From the NCBI GenBank assembly GCA_016280895.1, contig JAEEHM010000060.1, positions 2,338-66,337 of the forward strand: 64,000 nucleotides of DNA, in the 5' to 3' direction. The translations under genes were made by a program, and so were the position numbers. Shown here in pieces: positions 59,958 through 64,000 of the stretch. Numbering within the stretch: position 1 is the first letter of the stretch; each line of letters starts with the position of its first letter. The notes under the pieces are model-generated. The model worked only from the letters and a program-made list of their open reading frames with translations, was not told the origin of the DNA and made no database searches. This DNA comes from Bacillota bacterium. GTDB lineage: Bacteria; Bacillota_I; Bacilli_A; ML615J-28; CAG-698.

Positions 59958-61054
59958 AAATCCTCATTTTCTTTTTCAATTTGAATTGTATCTATAAATT
60001 TTTGTAAATATGGGCAATTTTTTGCATATCCACAGAGATTTGTATGATAGAATAAGTTTAATTTATCTTCACCTTTTTTATTTTTTTCTGTAAAGTTAAG
60101 AGGTGTAAAAAGATTTATGTTATTATGGTCTAAGCCTTCCCACATTTCAATAGTATCATCTATATATTGATTGCACTCTTGACGAATTTCATCATTAAGT
60201 TCGTATTTCATTACATATGGTTTGACTGAAAATTCGCAGGCGAGAATTTCAGGAATCTTATTTCTTTCATACGCTTCATCAATTATTATTTCTCTATCAA
60301 CTTCGCAAACTCCATATTTTTCTAATTTGTATTCTATAACACTAGCTAATTCTTTTATAATATTTTTACGTTCAATTACTTTTGTTATTTTAGTTTCCTC
60401 TTTAGAATTTGAACGTTTTTTCCCATCATAAGAAACTTCGCAGTATTTAAGCATTATCCACGCTATTTCTTTAATTTTATGTCCCTCTTGCTCTTTTCCA
60501 AGTGCATATAGTACAAGCTGCCTACCATGCTTTTTTATTTCTTCCCCTTTATACATAGAAGATGTTTTATAGTCGTAAATTGAAAGCATATTGTTCTTAT
60601 GTATTTTAGTTAAATCTATATATCCCTGAACGTAATTACCTTTTGGTGTTTTATATAAAAAAAATGTTTCTGTTTCAAAATTCCCTTTTGGTGGTTTATA
60701 AGTATTGCAAAAATGAGTCATGTCCGCTATCCATCCCTCTCGAATAGCATCTGAATTATTGCGACCTTTTGGAAATTCAATTCCAAGCATATCCATATCA
60801 TTTAGTTCTTGCTTCATTGCTGGTAATAAATCCGCTGTTGTATTTTTACTATTCATAATACCTTCAAGTACATCATGAATTTTACCACCCAATATGCCGT
60901 AAATATTTGGGATTTGATTTTGTCTATCATTTAATATATATGTTCTATATGCTTCATATAAACAATTGTTAATGCATTCCAATCTTGAAAATGAATATAC
61001 TTCTTTTCCAGTAGCCTTTATTTCTTCAACTTCTTGTTCTAGGTTTCGTGTCAT
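59951..61054 (-). CDS. PD-(D/E)XK nuclease (RecB/Cas4-like exonuclease)
   Basis: GYIDLT...LSIYDYKTSS is a D...(D/E)xK motif. The N-terminal C...C (LECINNC) and C-terminal CGYAKNC suggest an Fe-S cluster as in Cas4/AddB nucleases. Confidence 0.6.
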   Translation of the reverse strand: MTRNLEQEVEEIKATGKEVYSFSRLECINNCLYEAYRTYILNDRQNQIPNIYGILGGKIHDVLEGIMNSKNTTADLLPAMKQELNDMDMLGIEFPKGRNNSDAIREGWIADMTHFCNTYKPPKGNFETETFFLYKTPKGNYVQGYIDLTKIHKNNMLSIYDYKTSSMYKGEEIKKHGRQLVLYALGKEQEGHKIKEIAWIMLKYCEVSYDGKKRSNSKEETKITKVIERKNIIKELASVIEYKLEKYGVCEVDREIIIDEAYERNKIPEILACEFSVKPYVMKYELNDEIRQECNQYIDDTIEMWEGLDHNNINLFTPLNFTEKNKKGEDKLNLFYHTNLCGYAKNCPYLQKFIDTIQIEKENEDLW

Positions 61055-61245
61055 TTTTCCCCTCTTAATGATTTAATAAATTCCGGAAATTCTTTTAAAT
61101 CTTCAATCAATTCTTCTCTTGTATTAATATTTCTAAATCCTGTATGAAATACTTCACGTCCGTTTTGATAAATAGAATAGCTACAATTTCCATATAACAT
61201 GCCAGTATATTCACCAACTGTTTCAACTATAATTTCCATACTCAA
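61051..61245 (-). CDS. hypothetical protein
   Basis: 64-aa ORF overlapping the next gene's start by 4 nt. Confidence 0.4.
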   Translation of the reverse strand: MSMEIIVETVGEYTGMLYGNCSYSIYQNGREVFHTGFRNINTREELIEDLKEFPEFIKSLRGEK

Positions 61246-61256
61246 TTCTCCTTATA

Positions 61257-61457
61257 TTAAAGTCCTAAAAGCCAATTAGCATCTATATTTAATTCTTTGC
61301 ATAACAAAGTAACATGATTTATATTAGGAACAGATTGCCCATTAAGCCAACGTGAAATCGTTGGTTGTTTGACACAAACTATATCTGCTAATTTAACTTC
61401 TGAAATATTATTATTAACCATATAATCTTGTAATCTATCCGAAAATAGTGAATTCAT
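61257..61457 (-). CDS. XRE-family HTH regulator
   Basis: Start taken at MNSLFSDRL (AAAGGA SD). Contains the ISEVKLADIVCVKQPTISRWLNGQSVP helix-turn-helix. Confidence 0.65.
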   Translation of the reverse strand: MNSLFSDRLQDYMVNNNISEVKLADIVCVKQPTISRWLNGQSVPNINHVTLLCKELNIDANWLLGL

Positions 61458-61535
61458 ATTAATCCTTTCTATTGCTAATTTCATGTAATAGTATATTCTG
61501 TATTCAATAAAAAAAGACACTTAAAAAAGCGTCTT

Positions 61536-61805
61536 TTATATATTTAATATTTTTTTGATGTCATTTATTACATCAATATAATAAAGTCTTTTCTTTAAAT
61601 TTTGAGGATTTAATAAGTCTCTTATTTTTTGAATTTTATTATTTAATTCATATATTTTATATTGCAAATCATCTATTATTTTTTGGTGTTCAATAATATC
61701 ATATGTACAATTTTCATGTAGAAAAATTTCAGCTCGCAAATTTCTGTTTTCATTTTTTAGTTTTTCATTTTCTTGTTTTATTGTAAAGAGTTCGTCATCA
61801 TTCAT
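61536..61805 (-). CDS. coiled-coil protein
   Basis: 89 aa with heptad-like K/E/N-rich sequence. Confidence 0.4.
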   Translation of the reverse strand: MNDDELFTIKQENEKLKNENRNLRAEIFLHENCTYDIIEHQKIIDDLQYKIYELNNKIQKIRDLLNPQNLKKRLYYIDVINDIKKILNI

Positions 61806-61820
61806 GTCTCTACAATCCTT

Positions 61821-62003
61821 TTATTTTGCTAGAATAAATATAACAACTATTATAACTATAAAAATGGACAATGGAATCCATAAGGGAGCCAATATCCATC
61901 CCCAACTCCATTTTATTATTCCGAGAATTTTTAATATTATAAAAGCTAATGTTAATAATCCACAAAAGCCCACTCCAGTAATTTGATTATTATTTTTGTT
62001 CAT
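61821..62003 (-). CDS. small membrane protein
   Basis: Start taken at MNKNNNQ (GAGGAAAAAA SD). Two hydrophobic helices. Confidence 0.45.
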   Translation of the reverse strand: MNKNNNQITGVGFCGLLTLAFIILKILGIIKWSWGWILAPLWIPLSIFIVIIVVIFILAK

Positions 62004-62022
62004 TTTTTCCTCTTTTCTGTTT

Positions 62023-62199
62023 TTATTCTTTATACTTTTTACAAGCGTTTTGACTTGCTTGGTGATAATTAGATACATTAGAACGAGTATTTAATGCACA
62101 ACGACCTCTGTATCTAAGTTTTCCTTTAATTATCAAATATTCAAAGTGTTCACATGAACCGCATTTGTTATGATAATCAATTTGTTTTAGTGGTTTCAT
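62023..62199 (-). CDS. small Cys-rich protein (58 aa, below cutoff)
   Basis: MKPLKQIDYHNKCGSCEHFEYLIIKGKLRYRGRCALNTRSNVSNYHQASQNACKKYKE, with GGAGC SD. Confidence 0.4.
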   Translation of the reverse strand: MKPLKQIDYHNKCGSCEHFEYLIIKGKLRYRGRCALNTRSNVSNYHQASQNACKKYKE

Positions 62200-62265
62200 T
62201 ACAAGCTCCTATATTCTAACCAAAATAAACGGCTATTTTTTTTGGTTAGAACCTAAAGTTTTGTT

Positions 62266-62430
62266 CTAACTTAAAATTCCTTTAGTTATTCTATCTCTCA
62301 TTTCTTCTTCTTGTTTGCTTTTTTCTACTGCTTCATAAAGTTCTATAAATGTGTTAATCTCTAAAGATTTTTTTTCTGAAATATTTTTTTTTATAAAATC
62401 TAAACATTCATCAACATCAATTAATCTCAT
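62266..62430 (-). CDS. small hypothetical protein (54 aa, below cutoff)
   Basis: MRLIDVDECLDFIKKNISEKK..., with GGGGAATAATA SD. Confidence 0.35.
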   Translation of the reverse strand: MRLIDVDECLDFIKKNISEKKSLEINTFIELYEAVEKSKQEEEMRDRITKGILS

Positions 62431-62449
62431 TATTATTCCCCTTCACTTT

Positions 62450-62617
62450 TTATGTCTTTTTGAAATCTTTTTCATTTTTGCTTTTTCCATCTTCACAATC
62501 GTCATCACACATTATTCCCGTATAATTTCCAAAATTTTCGCAATTTCCATTAACGCAAATATATAATCCGCCCATTGTGTCGTTGGTATACATATAATCA
62601 CAATCTTTACATTTCAT
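62450..62617 (-). CDS. small Cys-rich protein (55 aa, below cutoff)
   Basis: MKCKDCDYMYTNDTMGGLYICVNGNCENFGNYTGIMCDDDCEDGK... has eight Cys. Starts 2 nt after the upstream stop. Confidence 0.4.
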   Translation of the reverse strand: MKCKDCDYMYTNDTMGGLYICVNGNCENFGNYTGIMCDDDCEDGKSKNEKDFKKT

Positions 62618-62619
62618 CT

Positions 62620-63054
62620 TTATTCTTTCCTTTTAAAGTCTGCACAATAGAAATCCTCATTAAGCGCAACTCCAAAATCTCTACAACGTGGATATTTTTT
62701 GTCATTTATCCATTCTTTACATTCCTTGCATGTTTTATGTGTAGGTATGACTGGTGGTAGTTCATAAACTGCTTTATATAACTCATTTCCACCCATTTTA
62801 AGTTGCATAAGGTCTAATACTACCTGCCTACTTACACAATCCTCAGATTGTTCTATTTCTACTAGAGGGCAACCTTGTTTATCTTTAAATTCACCATTAA
62901 TTTTATATTGACTTTTAACATATGTACTTATTTCATTATCTAAAATTTGAAGTATGCAAAAATATCCGCCATCAAGTATGCTTCCTTTTTTACTAAAAGG
63001 ACAACAAAAACAACTTCTAGGCATTTCCATATCTTTAATTGCTATCATAGCCAA
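62620..63054 (-). CDS. Cys-motif protein, paralog of 63370-63822
   Basis: Shares SEDCVSRQ(V/A)VLD, PPV(I/T)PTH..CK(E/D)C..W and the terminal FYCA(D/A)F with the other copy. Confidence 0.5.
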   Translation of the reverse strand: MAMIAIKDMEMPRSCFCCPFSKKGSILDGGYFCILQILDNEISTYVKSQYKINGEFKDKQGCPLVEIEQSEDCVSRQVVLDLMQLKMGGNELYKAVYELPPVIPTHKTCKECKEWINDKKYPRCRDFGVALNEDFYCADFKRKE

Positions 63055-63386
63055 TACCTCACTTTCTTATATGGTGCATTCCACCACTGATAGTTAAAAT
63101 ATTGAGTAGCTGTTCCAATGCCAAAATACACTTCATAACCATTGCTCCTTACATCAACTTCTACCAAAGGAAACATAGCCTTTATCATATCTCCATTAGT
63201 TGCATTATCCGGTAATACTTGTAATCTTTTGAAACTAGCTAGAAACATTTCTGTTGTTTCTATTTCATAGTTTCCACACAAAGTACCGTTTGCTATATCT
63301 TGCTTTACACGATTGAAGTAGTCTTGAAACTTATCTGCTATGTCATTATTAAATTCATAGTTGGGTATATCAATTAATACTTTCAT
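63045..63386 (-). CDS. hypothetical protein
   Basis: Start taken at MKVLIDIP (GAGGT SD). The ORF-track start at 63473 would overlap the upstream gene by about 100 nt. Confidence 0.4.
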   Translation of the reverse strand: MKVLIDIPNYEFNNDIADKFQDYFNRVKQDIANGTLCGNYEIETTEMFLASFKRLQVLPDNATNGDMIKAMFPLVEVDVRSNGYEVYFGIGTATQYFNYQWWNAPYKKVRYWL

Positions 63387-63822
63387 TTTTATTACCTCGC
63401 TTTTCAAAGGCTGCGCAATAAAATATGCCTTCAAATACTCTTGAATTATTAATAGAACATTTGCTTTCTGCATTTATTCCTCTACGATATACTCCGTCAC
63501 TATCGTTCCAATTCTCGCAATCCTTACAAGTACCGTGTGTAGGTGTTACAGGTGGCAAGTCCTTAATGCTATCAATTAAATCCTCTCGGTCAATTACATT
63601 GCAAGTAGTCCAATATGACGGATTGGCATTAGACATTAATTTAATCTCATCAAGCACTGCCTGTCTACTCACGCAATCCTCACTAGGTTGTTGCTCTAAT
63701 TCCTCTATTGCAGAATGTATAGCACAACTTTTTGCATCATCAAGCAAGGTGCTTTCAATGCTACAAACATGAATATCTTTTTCAATCTGTTTTAATAACT
63801 CCAAGCGTTGTCCTCTTGTCAT
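63370..63822 (-). CDS. Cys-motif protein, paralog of 62620-63054
   Basis: 150 aa. See the shared motifs listed for 62620-63054. Confidence 0.5.
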   Translation of the reverse strand: MTRGQRLELLKQIEKDIHVCSIESTLLDDAKSCAIHSAIEELEQQPSEDCVSRQAVLDEIKLMSNANPSYWTTCNVIDREDLIDSIKDLPPVTPTHGTCKDCENWNDSDGVYRRGINAESKCSINNSRVFEGIFYCAAFEKRGNKNESIN

Positions 63823-63980
63823 TCCTTATCCTCACTTTCTGCCCCACACAACTTATCTGCTATCATAGCCAATGATTTAGCTATATCAAGCAATACACCG
63901 TTATAATCTATGCGTATTCCTGCCTCTTCAATTTTTGCGCAAGCATTAATCAATGCGTTTGTTTCTTCTAATCTGCTCAT
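63819..63980 (-). CDS. small hypothetical protein (53 aa, below cutoff)
   Basis: MSRLEETNALINACAKIEEAGIRIDYNGVLLDIAKSLAMIADKLCGAESEDKE. The ATGA overlaps at both ends. The upstream partial ORF at the window edge ends with the same ...AESED motif and the same GAAAGTGAGGAT RBS. Confidence 0.4.
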   Translation of the reverse strand: MSRLEETNALINACAKIEEAGIRIDYNGVLLDIAKSLAMIADKLCGAESEDKE

Positions 63981-64000
63981 TCTATATCCTCACTTTCTGC

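Noticed and set aside
1-64000. cas genes, rRNA genes, complete tRNA genes, group I/II introns or homing endonucleases.
   Set aside because: No ORF shows RuvC/HNH, Cas1/Cas2 or RAMP-like motifs that I could recognise. No rRNA-like or full cloverleaf sequences were seen. The large genes (TMP, polymerase) are uninterrupted.

Overview
This AT-rich window looks like most of the genome of a large temperate tailed phage or prophage of a low-GC Firmicute. No homology search was possible; all calls rest on reading the sequence and on remembered motifs. Positions 1-46011 (+ strand) carry the late genes: terminase C-terminus, portal, protease/scaffold, major capsid, connector and tail genes. Next come a NifS-like cysteine desulfurase and a holin / Big_2 / amidase lysis block. 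At least nine tail-fibre-like genes follow, three of them with tail-collar domains. After that sit a cluster of odd accessory genes, a stand-alone ATPase-nuclease moron, a 2819-aa tape measure protein and tail-tip genes. Position 46017-46873 is a self-contained CRISPR unit: promoter, 11 x 36-bp repeats, 10 spacers and a terminator, with no cas gene anywhere in the window. It is followed by a tyrosine integrase and an attP-like site, which has a tRNA 3'-end fragment flanked by phased TTGGCAAAA repeats. Positions 48331-64000 (- strand) hold the early/replication module: HTH regulators, a lipoprotein, a SleB-like hydrolase, a Lar-like protein, an ERCC4 nuclease, a DnaE-type polymerase, an AlbA_2/Schlafen-like ATPase, a PD-(D/E)XK nuclease and many small Cys-rich ORFs. 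Three paralogous + strand cassettes interrupt this module at 55.3-57.4 kb. Each has a promoter, a 28-29-codon hydrophobic Lys-tailed peptide ORF, 5'/3' complementary mRNA ends and a convergent antisense promoter plus terminator, which I read as BsrG/SR4-style type I toxin-antitoxin loci. The two most interesting signals are the cas-less phage CRISPR array and this triplicated type I TA set. Secondary items are the AAA_14/DUF4143 moron, decayed tail-fibre cassettes, an in-frame TGA in a small Zn-ribbon gene and the attP architecture.
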